DNA of 64,000 bases from a virus (lineage: Duplodnaviria > Heunggongvirae > Uroviricota > Caudoviricetes), in IMG/VR virus record IMGVR_UViG_2706795377_000001, positions 52,360-116,359 of that record; one strand, given 5' to 3'. Under the pieces are notes generated by a model, which worked only from the letters and a program-made list of their open reading frames with translations, was not told the origin of the DNA and did no database searches. Of this stretch, positions 28,874 to 37,753 are shown one piece after another (positions within the stretch are counted from its first letter, which is position 1; each line of letters opens with the position of its first letter). The position numbers and the translations under genes were made by a program.

Positions 28874-29098
28874 TTACTCAATTCCTCTTTTTAAAAATAT
28901 TTCTTCCATTGCGGAATCGAAATCAGCACCTTGTTTGATTTTTTTTGCCAATTTCACAGAGTCTTCTGCACCGTCAGTATAGCCTAGAAAGTAGCTTTCT
29001 GATAAAGCATTCGCAATTAACTCCATTTGTCTTTTGTCATTAAACCCCTTAAAACTAACTCTCAATTTTCTATCAACAATATCCACCTTTATTTCCAA
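28874..29098 (-). CDS. Hypothetical protein
   Basis: The ORF-track start (TTG 29113) sits inside the conserved element. The TTG at 29098 has RBS GGAGGTG at 6-nt spacing. Confidence 0.35.
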   Translation of the reverse strand: MEIKVDIVDRKLRVSFKGFNDKRQMELIANALSESYFLGYTDGAEDSVKLAKKIKQGADFDSAMEEIFLKRGIE

Positions 29099-29111
29099 TT
29101 TAAACACCTCC

Positions 29112-29133
29112 AAAGTACTTTATTTGGCTTTAG
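29112..29133 (-). repeat. Conserved element copy 4
   Basis: Plus-strand AAAGTACTTTATTTGGCTTTAG. It abuts the RBS GGAGGTG. Confidence 0.6.
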
Positions 29134-29816
29134 TAAAGAGCGACTAGAGATTTGCAGATATGTTTCTTTTTCAACTTGATGTGGAACAACTTCCACCCTT
29201 CTTGTTTTAGATGAAGATTTTGTTCAGATATAAGAGCTTTAATTTCTCTCTTTCGTCTCACTCCACCTCCCCTTCCGATATGTAGAAGGCTTTCACAAGC
29301 TTTAACTGATTCTCTTACCCTGCGTTCAATGTCAAGTATTTTAGCCGTTTGCACTCTTTCTTTTTCTTCAATTCTTCTAAGATGCTTTAAGTATAATTTA
29401 ATCAGGCTATTTTTGTCAATATCTTTATGTACTTTATTTAGCTTTGGTGTTCTTGCTTTAAAATATCTGTTAACAGTAACAACTGTCTTTAAGTCGGGAG
29501 ATAGGTAAAATGCAATTTGATTATATGCATATAACACGTTAATTCGCCCCTCATACGAAATAATGCAACTAATACGTACAGCTTTAGACAACATTTCTTT
29601 GACCATTCTCGTAGCTATAACCATATCTTTCACTTTAAAATGCTGTTTCATTCTTTTATACGCATGGTTAGACAATTTAATGCCTTTGACATAGAGATTT
29701 TTCTTAATCTCTTCTTGCTTAATCATTTCAATCATTTCTTTAACATGAAGATTGTATGCCTTTTCGTTTCTAAATTGTCTTTTTACATAACGATAGTTTT
29801 CTGCGTTTTTATCCAT
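29130..29816 (-). CDS. Basic hypothetical protein
   Basis: 228 aa, rich in K and R. Confidence 0.4.
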   Translation of the reverse strand: MDKNAENYRYVKRQFRNEKAYNLHVKEMIEMIKQEEIKKNLYVKGIKLSNHAYKRMKQHFKVKDMVIATRMVKEMLSKAVRISCIISYEGRINVLYAYNQIAFYLSPDLKTVVTVNRYFKARTPKLNKVHKDIDKNSLIKLYLKHLRRIEEKERVQTAKILDIERRVRESVKACESLLHIGRGGGVRRKREIKALISEQNLHLKQEGWKLFHIKLKKKHICKSLVALY

Positions 29817-29871
29817 TCCTACTCCCTCCTATTCCCTCCTATTTATATCGTCTTCTTTGTACTCATATTAT

Positions 29872-29897
29872 AGTACTTTATTTAGGTCTTGTCAATC
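29872..29897 (-). repeat. Conserved element copy 5 (variant)
   Basis: Plus-strand TAGTACTTTATTTAGGTCTTGTCAAT. Confidence 0.55.
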
Positions 29898-29932
29898 AAA
29901 AAGCAGAGGATTTTTCCTCTGCTTTGAAGGCT

Positions 29933-30472
29933 TTATTCTATCTCTATCCCTACCGTCTTTTCATAGATGACTGTAGAAAATGTGTATTCATTCCTCTCAT
30001 TGGCTGGAACAACCCCTTCTTCTCCTATAGGGTAGCCTACAGGCTCCCATTCATTCCAATTCACCTTTGGAAAGTAAACATTAGCGTCTTTAAAGGAAGC
30101 ATGAATATGACTTACTATAAGACTATCGCAATAAGACAAGAACTCTTCATATATCTGTCCGCCACCAATAATAAACATTTTTTTGTCATTTTGTTGTTTC
30201 AAAAAATCAAGAACGTCATCAGATGAGTGCATTATATAACAATTCGCACATTTAGGAATAGGATAGTTTTTATTCCTAGTTAAGATGATGTTGATTCTAT
30301 TAGGTAACAAACCCCCTATACTTTCAAACGTTTTGCTTCCCATGACAACAATGTGTCCCTCAGTAACTAAACGAAAGTACTCAAGGTCATCTTTCAATTT
30401 GCACAGAAGCTTATCGTCTTTACCTATGGCATTGTTGGAATCCATAGCAGTAATAGCAATCATATTCTTCAT
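29933..30472 (-). CDS. dfrA: Dihydrofolate reductase
   Basis: 179 aa. MIAITAMDSNNAIGKDDKL...IVVMGSKTFESIGG..LPNRINIILTR...FIIGGGQIYEEF matches DHFR family motifs. Start overlaps the thyA stop. Confidence 0.8.
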   Translation of the reverse strand: MKNMIAITAMDSNNAIGKDDKLLCKLKDDLEYFRLVTEGHIVVMGSKTFESIGGLLPNRINIILTRNKNYPIPKCANCYIMHSSDDVLDFLKQQNDKKMFIIGGGQIYEEFLSYCDSLIVSHIHASFKDANVYFPKVNWNEWEPVGYPIGEEGVVPANERNEYTFSTVIYEKTVGIEIE

Positions 30473-31341
30473 CAGATTGCCACCTCCATTTTTATAGATG
30501 GGTGATGTTGGTAATTGACTAGCTCAAAATCCTCAATCTTGAAATCGTCAAAATTCTTAACATCTGGATTTATGTTAAGGATTGGTGCATCATATGGTTC
30601 CAAAAGGATTTGCTGGCTTAAAGGCTCGATGTGACGTTCATATATATGTACATCATTGATGTTGAAAGTTAATGTACCCATTTCGTAGCCTGTTACTTGT
30701 GCAATCATTCGTTGCAAAACATAATACTGGAACACATTGAATGGCTGTCCCAAGGCTACGTCATTGGAGCGAACACCAACAATTAGATGAAGTTTTCCTT
30801 CCTTGACAAGCCATTGGTTATGCCATACGCAAGGATACAGAGCCATATCGTGTAGGTCATCAATATTCCAAAGTGAAATTACATGACGACGAGATGCAGG
30901 ATTTGTTTTCAGACCATGAATTAAATTATGAATTTGATTAGTAAATCCAAAAATTGATAATGGACAATCTGTTATTGGTACAGTGTCACCTAAGAAAATT
31001 GCTTTTCCAAGCTGATATCCATAAGCTTTACCAATCGTCCCATCTTCTCTTGTCCACGCTTCCCAAATCTTCACATTGTTCTCTCGAAGATAGGACACAT
31101 TACTTGTACGCTTCACATAGAACCACAACAGTTCATAAATAGCAGACTTCCAAGCCACGCGTTTTGTAGTCAGGATTGGAACCTCAGAATTGTCAAATAT
31201 TAATTGTTCAGAAATGGTACTCTTTGTATAGGCAGGAGTGCCATCATCCCAAACAGTACGAACCTGTTGGTCTTTATCCCAAATTCCATTTTTAAGGATT
31301 TTAGAAACTAATCTAGCGTAAACTACATCATAATTACTCAT
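30472..31341 (-). CDS. thyA: Thymidylate synthase (ThyA)
   Basis: 289 aa. Conserved ThyA blocks including the active-site region ALYPCVWHNQW and the C-terminal segment LTFNINDVHIYERH. Confidence 0.85.
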   Translation of the reverse strand: MSNYDVVYARLVSKILKNGIWDKDQQVRTVWDDGTPAYTKSTISEQLIFDNSEVPILTTKRVAWKSAIYELLWFYVKRTSNVSYLRENNVKIWEAWTREDGTIGKAYGYQLGKAIFLGDTVPITDCPLSIFGFTNQIHNLIHGLKTNPASRRHVISLWNIDDLHDMALYPCVWHNQWLVKEGKLHLIVGVRSNDVALGQPFNVFQYYVLQRMIAQVTGYEMGTLTFNINDVHIYERHIEPLSQQILLEPYDAPILNINPDVKNFDDFKIEDFELVNYQHHPSIKMEVAI

Positions 31342-31344
31342 GGA

Positions 31345-31515
31345 CTATATTCCTTTCATTACAATAAAGCGATATTTTCCTAGCTTAATTACCTTAGAAA
31401 CTTTGATGTACTCATGATTTGAAATGTAGGTCTTCATGCCAACACTTACATTTTGCACTGTGATGCCAATGGCTGTTTTCTTGGAGACAAAGAAACCAAA
31501 TCCACCCTTTCTCAT
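31345..31515 (-). CDS. Small hypothetical protein (56 aa)
   Basis: Not in the ORF track. ATG at 31515 has RBS AAGGAGTG at 7-nt spacing. Its stop lies 3 nt before the thyA ATG. Encodes MRKGGFGFFVSKKTAIGITVQNVSVGMKTYISNHEYIKVSKVIKLGKYRFIVMKGI. It is preceded by a hairpin and the conserved element. Confidence 0.35.
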   Translation of the reverse strand: MRKGGFGFFVSKKTAIGITVQNVSVGMKTYISNHEYIKVSKVIKLGKYRFIVMKGI

Positions 31516-31566
31516 TTTCAACACTCCTTAGTTTGAAGCCCACCCACTTGTATGGATGGGCTTGAT

Positions 31567-31587
31567 AGTTATTTATTTGGCTTTACT
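31567..31587 (-). repeat. Conserved element copy 6
   Basis: Plus-strand AGTTATTTATTTGGCTTTACT. On the minus strand it is followed by a hairpin (31536-31563) and the RBS of the small ORF upstream of thyA. Confidence 0.55.
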
Positions 31588-32413
31588 ACTTATTAGTAAC
31601 TACAGCACTTACACCTTTAACTTCTACCCAGCCATGAGCGATACGCGCTTCCATTTCCATCTTTTTCAAGAGTTCTGGCGTGATGGATTGTTGCACTAAA
31701 CGATTGGATTCTGCCTGACCTTTTGCTTCTGCAATTGTGGCTTGTGCCTTACCTTCTGCTTCAATCTTCTGTTTCTCAGCAATTTCTTGAGCCTTTTGTT
31801 TTTCGATTTTCAAAGCTTCAAGTTGTTGTTGTGCGTCAACTACAGCTTGAATTGCTTTAGCTGTGCTTTCATCAGGAGTTGGTGTGCCAAGTACGAAATC
31901 AGTGACTGTGAAGCCTTGCTTCTTCATGTCTTCTGTAAACACCTTTGAAATATCAACCTTAATTTGCTCTCGGTTTTGGAAGATTTCTAAGATTGTATAT
32001 TTAGATGTAACAGATAGTGCGGCTTCTTTAATGCGAGAAAGAATAAACCCTTGCTCAATTGCTTCTGGTTTTGCGCCCTTAAATTTGTTGAAAATGTTAA
32101 CTACTTGTTCTGGGTCATTCATATAGTTGAATGTCATGTTCATAGTTAAAGGTTTACCATCTTTCGTTGCAAGCTGTACATCTTTGTACTCCACAGTCTC
32201 AAGCGCAACAGGGTATTGGGTTACCATCTTCCAAGGCAAAACAGGATGCATGCCTTGACTAAGTGTTTGGTTTTCAACTCCGCCACTGCGATTATAAACT
32301 ACACCCACATGACCTTGCTTAATCGTTGTCAAAGAAGCTAGACCCATTCCTCCCAAAAATAAAACTCCAATTCCAACTAGTCCTGCTACAATTGTACGTT
32401 TTTTACTCATCAT
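31586..32413 (-). CDS. SPFH/band-7 (prohibitin/flotillin-like) membrane protein
   Basis: 275 aa. N-terminal TM helix, then a PHB-like domain (GHVGVVYNRSGG...) and a C-terminal coiled-coil QQQLEALKIEKQKAQEIAEKQKIEAEGKAQ. Confidence 0.55.
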   Translation of the reverse strand: MMSKKRTIVAGLVGIGVLFLGGMGLASLTTIKQGHVGVVYNRSGGVENQTLSQGMHPVLPWKMVTQYPVALETVEYKDVQLATKDGKPLTMNMTFNYMNDPEQVVNIFNKFKGAKPEAIEQGFILSRIKEAALSVTSKYTILEIFQNREQIKVDISKVFTEDMKKQGFTVTDFVLGTPTPDESTAKAIQAVVDAQQQLEALKIEKQKAQEIAEKQKIEAEGKAQATIAEAKGQAESNRLVQQSITPELLKKMEMEARIAHGWVEVKGVSAVVTNK

Positions 32414-32580
32414 TTACACATTCTCTCCTTTGTCGTTTCCAAAGTTATTTTTCTTAAATTGCTTTGTCTTCTCAATGGCTTTATCGTGTACCTTCATGTT
32501 AATTAGAAGCAACCAAATTGATATCAACGCTATCAAGAACAACATGAATAGAACTATGCTTGAGTACATAATTACACCAC

Positions 32581-33069
32581 CTATCGAATTCGTAGATGCT
32601 CGTTATTTTCAATAAGACTTGCACCTTCTACGATTTCTCCACTTTTGATATCTTTTGCAATAGCCTTCTTGTCAATTTTGTCAGGTTGTGCGATACGATA
32701 CTTCGCTGGAATCTTTGCTTCATCAATCAAGGACACGCTTGCTTGACTCTTCTGGATTCCTACTGTGAATGTGCCAGCCTTAACCTTCTGTAACTTATTA
32801 GCTTTTAACACACTGAATAGATAGTTTTCCAATCCATCAAGGCGGTTCTCAAGAGTCTTTCTTCGTTCGTTAATACGCTTTTCTTCTCCTTTGAACATAT
32901 CAATCTCGCCTTTGATAGACTTCATTAGTTTAACGATATTTTCTACCTTAACCTCAAGAGCGTCTTCATATGATTCAAGAACTTCTTTGATTGCTTCAAA
33001 ATCCAACTCTCCACTTTCAATCATGTCAACAATTTGACGATAATTTCCTGCTAATTCATACAATTTCAT
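32581..33069 (-). CDS. Siphovirus Gp157-like protein
   Basis: 162 aa. MKLYELAGNYRQIVDMIESGE...EAIKEVLESYEDALEVKVENIVK pattern typical of the Gp157 family. Confidence 0.4.
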   Translation of the reverse strand: MKLYELAGNYRQIVDMIESGELDFEAIKEVLESYEDALEVKVENIVKLMKSIKGEIDMFKGEEKRINERRKTLENRLDGLENYLFSVLKANKLQKVKAGTFTVGIQKSQASVSLIDEAKIPAKYRIAQPDKIDKKAIAKDIKSGEIVEGASLIENNEHLRIR

Positions 33070-33073
33070 TTAG

Positions 33074-33328
33074 CTATTCACTCCTACTAAACACATGAAT
33101 TTCTGTTCCGAATTCACACACCACTTCATAATCGCCTTTTGTGGTATTGTCAATGTGTACTGGAACACTAGAAAAATGATATTTCTTCATCATCTCTTCT
33201 GCTGAAAAAACTTTTCCATCATAAACATCTTCTGGATTTTCTTTTGATAACGAGATAAAAGCATCAACAGTAAATTTTACATATAGTGGGTAGCCAACCT
33301 TGCCATGATTGCTTTTATCAATACTCAT
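33074..33328 (-). CDS. Hypothetical protein
   Basis: 84 aa ORF. Confidence 0.35.
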   Translation of the reverse strand: MSIDKSNHGKVGYPLYVKFTVDAFISLSKENPEDVYDGKVFSAEEMMKKYHFSSVPVHIDNTTKGDYEVVCEFGTEIHVFSRSE

Positions 33329-33531
33329 AATCTACCTCTACTAGCATTTTTCTTGTCAAATTTCATCTGCTTCTCTTTCTTCGATTGTGCTTCCTCATAG
33401 CTTAGTGCTTTACGTCGATTGATTTTCCCTACTGTAAAAGTGGAAAATGTTTCAACACCTTCACCGCCACACACTTCACAAATATCGTAATTTACTTCGC
33501 CTTTTCCATAGCATGCTCCGCAAATTTTCAT
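33325..33531 (-). CDS. Zinc-ribbon hypothetical protein
   Basis: 68 aa with CGACYGKG...CEVCGGEG. Confidence 0.35.
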   Translation of the reverse strand: MKICGACYGKGEVNYDICEVCGGEGVETFSTFTVGKINRRKALSYEEAQSKKEKQMKFDKKNASRGRL

Positions 33532-33767
33532 TTTGCTCCCTCGCTTTGCCGTTTTTGCTGTGGATACAATCCTGAATGTTCAGCAAATGGTGTGAAGAGT
33601 TTTAAGTGATTATACACAACATCTTTCTCTTCAAGGTTTTGTTCTTTCATCTCATCTTCCATTTGAGGAATAGAGAAAGTGGCAAGCGCCATTGTTACTA
33701 CATTAAGCTCTTCTTTGGAAAGAGTCACTTTAAATCGGTTGTTTGTTTTTGCTGTAATTCGTGCCAT
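33528..33767 (-). CDS. Hypothetical protein
   Basis: 79 aa ORF. Confidence 0.35.
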   Translation of the reverse strand: MARITAKTNNRFKVTLSKEELNVVTMALATFSIPQMEDEMKEQNLEEKDVVYNHLKLFTPFAEHSGLYPQQKRQSEGAK

Positions 33768-33778
33768 AACGATTCCCC

Positions 33779-34141
33779 TTACGCTAATTTTTGATGTGTT
33801 CCTGCTTTATAGCGCACTGAAACACCAAGTTCTTTAATGAGCTTTCCAAGTTGCTCTTGTGTTACGGAGCCATGCGAAGCGACAAATTTGAGGAGTACAT
33901 CTTCTGCCTTCGGCAATTCAGGCTTTTCTTGCTGTGGTTCCTTAACTAATGTATAGTTAAAAATGCCATTACCAAATGATTCTTTATTAATTACATAACC
34001 AACCTCATACAATTTCCCAAGATACGCCCCATATCTCAATGAGATTTTGGACAATTCGTAATTTGGTACACCTGTACGTCCTGCATTGCGAAGTACCGCC
34101 AAGATTTCACGATGTTTCAAGTTAAGTCTGCTCATATACAT
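33779..34141 (-). CDS. Hypothetical protein (possible winged-helix DNA-binding)
   Basis: 120 aa ORF. Confidence 0.35.
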   Translation of the reverse strand: MYMSRLNLKHREILAVLRNAGRTGVPNYELSKISLRYGAYLGKLYEVGYVINKESFGNGIFNYTLVKEPQQEKPELPKAEDVLLKFVASHGSVTQEQLGKLIKELGVSVRYKAGTHQKLA

Positions 34142-34187
34142 ATTCTCCTTTATTGTATGTTTTGTTTAGGAGGGACAGTTCTCTCCT

Positions 34188-34209
34188 AAAGTACTTTATT
34201 TGGCTTTTG
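34188..34209 (-). repeat. Conserved element copy 7
   Basis: Plus-strand AAAGTACTTTATTTGGCTTTTG. Confidence 0.6.
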
Positions 34210-34211
34210 TA

Positions 34212-34937
34212 TTATTTTTTAGAAGAACCCAATGCTCCTATACCACGCTTAGAGGGAATTTCTTTCAATCGTTCGTACGAAATCTCCTTTACAACTGCTT
34301 TCGGTACGTTGATAAGTAAAAGTTGAGCAATTGCTTTGTTTGCTGGATATACAATAGCATTCTCGTCTTTGATGAGTTCTGGTGTTTTAGAAATAACTAA
34401 ACGCTTAGTGTTTTCGTTAGTGATTGCAATAAAGATTTCACCGCGATATCCAGAGTCAACCACGCCAGCACGTACAGCCATCCCTTTTGTTCCAGTGGAA
34501 CCACGCTCTTTTGCAATCAGGCTCCAATCATCAAGGACACTCGATGCAATACCAGTTGGTACTAATCGTGTTTCATGAGGTTGAATTACAAAGTCTTCAC
34601 CTTCGAAATCAGCATAAATATCGTACCCTGCATTTTCTGTTTCTTTAGTAGGGATAATTGCAGTTTCCCGTACTTTCGCAAACAAAATGGTTGTATTTCT
34701 TAGTACTTTATTGAGTTTTCGTTTGTCTCTAAAGTACGTTCTCTTATTTTTATCAATCTCCCACAGATTGACTTTAATATTTGCCCTGTCTTTTTCCTTA
34801 TCTACAATTTCAACAATTGCTTCATAGATGTTCTGGTCAGGCTTTATACTTAATTCTTTAATTGTGCCAAGAGTTTTCTCGCTTTTTACCCAAACTACTT
34901 CTCCAATTTTGTAATAACGCTTTTCTGTACGCTTCAT
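34212..34937 (-). CDS. dut: dUTPase with N-terminal extension
   Basis: 241 aa. Motifs AGYDIYA and GVVDSGYRGEIFIAITN match dUTPase motifs I and III. Confidence 0.75.
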   Translation of the reverse strand: MKRTEKRYYKIGEVVWVKSEKTLGTIKELSIKPDQNIYEAIVEIVDKEKDRANIKVNLWEIDKNKRTYFRDKRKLNKVLRNTTILFAKVRETAIIPTKETENAGYDIYADFEGEDFVIQPHETRLVPTGIASSVLDDWSLIAKERGSTGTKGMAVRAGVVDSGYRGEIFIAITNENTKRLVISKTPELIKDENAIVYPANKAIAQLLLINVPKAVVKEISYERLKEIPSKRGIGALGSSKK

Positions 34938-34958
34938 TCTTACATTCCCCCTATAAGC

Positions 34959-35495
34959 TTATTCTTGTTTGTATTTTTTGTATTTTAATGTGGATGTTTC
35001 TACTACAAATCGACCATCATTGTTAATTAATACTGCAAAATTGCCATATTTAGTTTTATATAAACCTTCCACTTTGTATTTCTCGCCTCTAAAGATTGGT
35101 AGTGTTCCATTTGGGACGTTGATAATTTGGGTTTCCTCTATCTCAAAATAGCCCTCTCTCGTAATAGCATTTTTTCTTTCTTCTAAACGCCCAAACCATA
35201 TTTCTGCTTCAATTTTAATTTCTGTTAGAAGCTCAAACTCAATTTCGGTAAAGTTTGACATAAAGTTAATGAGTTTCGAAGATGATTCATCATTATCGTC
35301 GCCAACAAAATATTTATAGAAATTGACCATTTTGCCTTCTTCAACCATTGATTCGACCAGTTCAATGTTCAACAGTTCTACAAAATCCCTTTCTTCGTGA
35401 AGGAACATCTTCATATCTTGAACAACTCCGTATGGCATAGAATCAATGATAATTTGTTGCTTGTTACTGTTTTTTGTTTGGTTAATGTTATTCAT
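34959..35495 (-). CDS. Hypothetical protein
   Basis: ORF-track start is GTG 35510. The ATG at 35495 has RBS GTGAGGAA at 7-nt spacing. Confidence 0.4.
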   Translation of the reverse strand: MNNINQTKNSNKQQIIIDSMPYGVVQDMKMFLHEERDFVELLNIELVESMVEEGKMVNFYKYFVGDDNDESSSKLINFMSNFTEIEFELLTEIKIEAEIWFGRLEERKNAITREGYFEIEETQIINVPNGTLPIFRGEKYKVEGLYKTKYGNFAVLINNDGRFVVETSTLKYKKYKQE

Positions 35496-35512
35496 TTTAC
35501 AATTCCTCACTT

Positions 35513-35533
35513 CTGTATTTTATTTGGCTCTTG
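35513..35533 (-). repeat. Conserved element copy 8 (variant)
   Basis: Plus-strand CTGTATTTTATTTGGCTCTTG. Directly abuts RBS GTGAGGAA. Confidence 0.5.
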
Positions 35534-35590
35534 ATATGATTTACTTATTAATAACGGGTACAATCTTATAATATCAAAGGTTAAACATAG

Positions 35591-35614
35591 AGTCAATACT
35601 TTATTTGGCTTTGG
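35591..35614 (-). repeat. Conserved element copy 9
   Basis: Plus-strand AGTCAATACTTTATTTGGCTTTGG. Confidence 0.6.
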
Positions 35615-35840
35615 TTGAATTTATTTTTCTGGATTTTTTTGTAAGTTCCAGAAGTCTATTGCCGTATTGACCAATCCGTTGTCCTAACGGACATTCTTTG
35701 CAAGCATTTGTTAATCCAGTAATATCTTTGGTTTTATTGAACTCATAATGAATCTTACACCCCTCACAGCCTTTTGTCAAATCATCAATTTCATATAATA
35801 TCAGTATCCTCTCTTGTTGTGTAGCCTTCTTATTGTTCAT
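35601..35840 (-). CDS. Cys-rich zinc-binding hypothetical protein
   Basis: The ORF-track entry 35601..35957 overlaps the ligase 3' end by 110 nt, so an internal start is likely (ATG 35840 or 35877). Motif CEGCKIHY...CKECPLG. Confidence 0.3.
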   Translation of the reverse strand: MNNKKATQQERILILYEIDDLTKGCEGCKIHYEFNKTKDITGLTNACKECPLGQRIGQYGNRLLELTKKSRKINSTKAK

Positions 35841-35847
35841 AGGCAAC

Positions 35848-37152
35848 TCAATACAGAGATGGTTCAGTTTTATCATCTCGAATACGCTTAAATGAAGGGA
35901 ATTGTAATGATATACCACCATTCTGATTTGATGATTCTTCGAAATATTGAATTTCAATAATTTGACCTATAATAGAATCCTGCATTTTGTTCCAAATTAC
36001 ATCTCTTTCTTCGTCAGCAAATCCAGAACCCACCTTGACCTCATATCCCTTGTAATCGACAATCAAAGCTCCTAAAGTTCCTTTATATTTGCCTGTTCCT
36101 TCATTCAGTCCGATTACACGTAAGTCAGCAGTCTTCCATTTCTTAACTTTTAAAAGAGCATCAGAACGCTTAGTAACGTAGTAAGCATTTCCATCGTTAA
36201 CCATCAAACCTTCTTTATCCTCTACTACAACCTTGTGAAGAAGTTTGTAAACCTCAGTTTTTTCTTCTCCACTATAAAGCACTGGAACAAGTCTTACTGT
36301 AGTGTAATTTGCATCTTTAAAAAGTGCATCTAGGTTTTGTCTACGAATCTCGTATATTTTACTAGATTTTCCATCCAAAAACTCCTCCAAAGGAAGGGCA
36401 TCAAACATATGAAATTCTACATTTTTCTTTGCTCCATCTTTACGTACAACCTTTTGTGTTGCTCGAAGCAGTTCTCCACAAGATAAATTATCCGTATTCT
36501 TCAACAGCAATTCGCCATCATATACAAAATTGTCAGGAAGTTCTCTGGTAATCTCTTGTTCAATTTCAGCTAAACCCTCGATAGGCTGTCCTTGTCGCGT
36601 AAAAAAGTTTACAGACCCATTCTTTTTAATAGCTATGCCACGAATACCATTAAGCTTTAACGTTACATAGAATGTCCCTTTAATCTTATGTTCTTCTTCC
36701 TGAAACCTTTTTCCACTCATCACATCAAACTCAGGAATTGTCCCTTTGCCATACACTTTATTGATTGTCGATGAGGTGATTCCACATTTGAAGTCTTTTG
36801 TAATAAGGTCTTGCAGGAAGTCATGGACTTCTGCATCCTCATGTTTGTTGATGAAGTTAGCTACAGTTTTCACAACTTCATCAGAGCCAGTTTTATGCCA
36901 GCGCAACCATTTGATAAGGTCAAACACATTAGCAAATTCTTGGACATTTTCCCACTCTTCATCAGCTTTGTATTGAGCAAACTTCTTTAATTTCTTTGTG
37001 CCAATACCTGTTAGGTCGAATGGATTGTAGAGGAATTTTAGAAGAAATCGGAAATCCTCATTCTTCTCATTCGCTCTCAGAATCGCTTCCTTGCCTGTTC
37101 GACTTGATGTTGCTTGGATTTCCTTGAAAATCGCCACAATGTTCTTTAGCAT
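35848..37152 (-). CDS. lig: ATP-dependent DNA ligase
   Basis: 434 aa. Adenylation motif I KLNGIRG (KxDG). RBS AAGGAG overlaps the conserved element at 37165-37183. Confidence 0.8.
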   Translation of the reverse strand: MLKNIVAIFKEIQATSSRTGKEAILRANEKNEDFRFLLKFLYNPFDLTGIGTKKLKKFAQYKADEEWENVQEFANVFDLIKWLRWHKTGSDEVVKTVANFINKHEDAEVHDFLQDLITKDFKCGITSSTINKVYGKGTIPEFDVMSGKRFQEEEHKIKGTFYVTLKLNGIRGIAIKKNGSVNFFTRQGQPIEGLAEIEQEITRELPDNFVYDGELLLKNTDNLSCGELLRATQKVVRKDGAKKNVEFHMFDALPLEEFLDGKSSKIYEIRRQNLDALFKDANYTTVRLVPVLYSGEEKTEVYKLLHKVVVEDKEGLMVNDGNAYYVTKRSDALLKVKKWKTADLRVIGLNEGTGKYKGTLGALIVDYKGYEVKVGSGFADEERDVIWNKMQDSIIGQIIEIQYFEESSNQNGGISLQFPSFKRIRDDKTEPSLY

Positions 37153-37164
37153 GTTTTAAGTCAT

Positions 37165-37183
37165 CTCCTTTATTTGGCTCTAG
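37165..37183 (-). repeat. Conserved element copy 10 (3' half replaced by RBS)
   Basis: Plus-strand CTCCTTTATTTGGCTCTAG. The minus-strand reading AGAGCCAAATAAAGGAG supplies the ligase RBS. Confidence 0.5.
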
Positions 37184-37443
37184 TTTACGACTACCCAATC
37201 TTCCGAAAGTATATCTGTTTGTGAAGCCAGCCAACCAACAACACATTTACCTTCTGCATCACGCATACAAATGTGCGCTCGGCTCTCAAAGAAGTCTTTT
37301 CCTGTGCCTTCAACCATGTGACCTTCCGTTGTCTGAATGGTGCGACCTTCACGAAGGAAAATGAACATTCCTTTGCCATTCCATCCTTCACGCGCAACCT
37401 TACCACCATTTTTAATTACTTCAAGTGCCTGCCCGAAATTCAT
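37180..37443 (-). CDS. DUF2829-like protein (family that includes Thoeris anti-defence Tad2)
   Basis: 87 aa. MNFGQALEVIKNGGKVAREGWNGKGMFIF matches the characteristic N-terminus of DUF2829 proteins. Confidence 0.45.
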   Translation of the reverse strand: MNFGQALEVIKNGGKVAREGWNGKGMFIFLREGRTIQTTEGHMVEGTGKDFFESRAHICMRDAEGKCVVGWLASQTDILSEDWVVVN

Positions 37444-37446
37444 ATT

Positions 37447-37752
37447 CTAATTACCTCCCATTGTTCTTGGATTAAATGGTGTGAAGCGACGAACACTTTG
37501 ACCATCGACCTCAACGTATTCAAAGAACATTTCTTCTGGACGAAGCCAATAGTTGCCTTGTGTGTCGATATAAAGAATAAGTGAATCATCAATATTCGCA
37601 TGAAATCCATTTTCATAAAGGAATACTGGCTGAACATGACCTGTCTCTGTATGTGTTGCAGAAAGGTATCCCTTTGCTTTCTCAGGATTTACACCTTGCT
37701 TCACTACGCCTAAAACATAGTAATCATTACCTTTGTAATGGCGATAAAACAT
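37447..37752 (-). CDS. DUF1653-like protein
   Basis: 101 aa. YRHYKGNDYYVLGV...ATHTETGHV motif pattern. Confidence 0.4.
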   Translation of the reverse strand: MFYRHYKGNDYYVLGVVKQGVNPEKAKGYLSATHTETGHVQPVFLYENGFHANIDDSLILYIDTQGNYWLRPEEMFFEYVEVDGQSVRRFTPFNPRTMGGN

Positions 37753-37753
37753 T

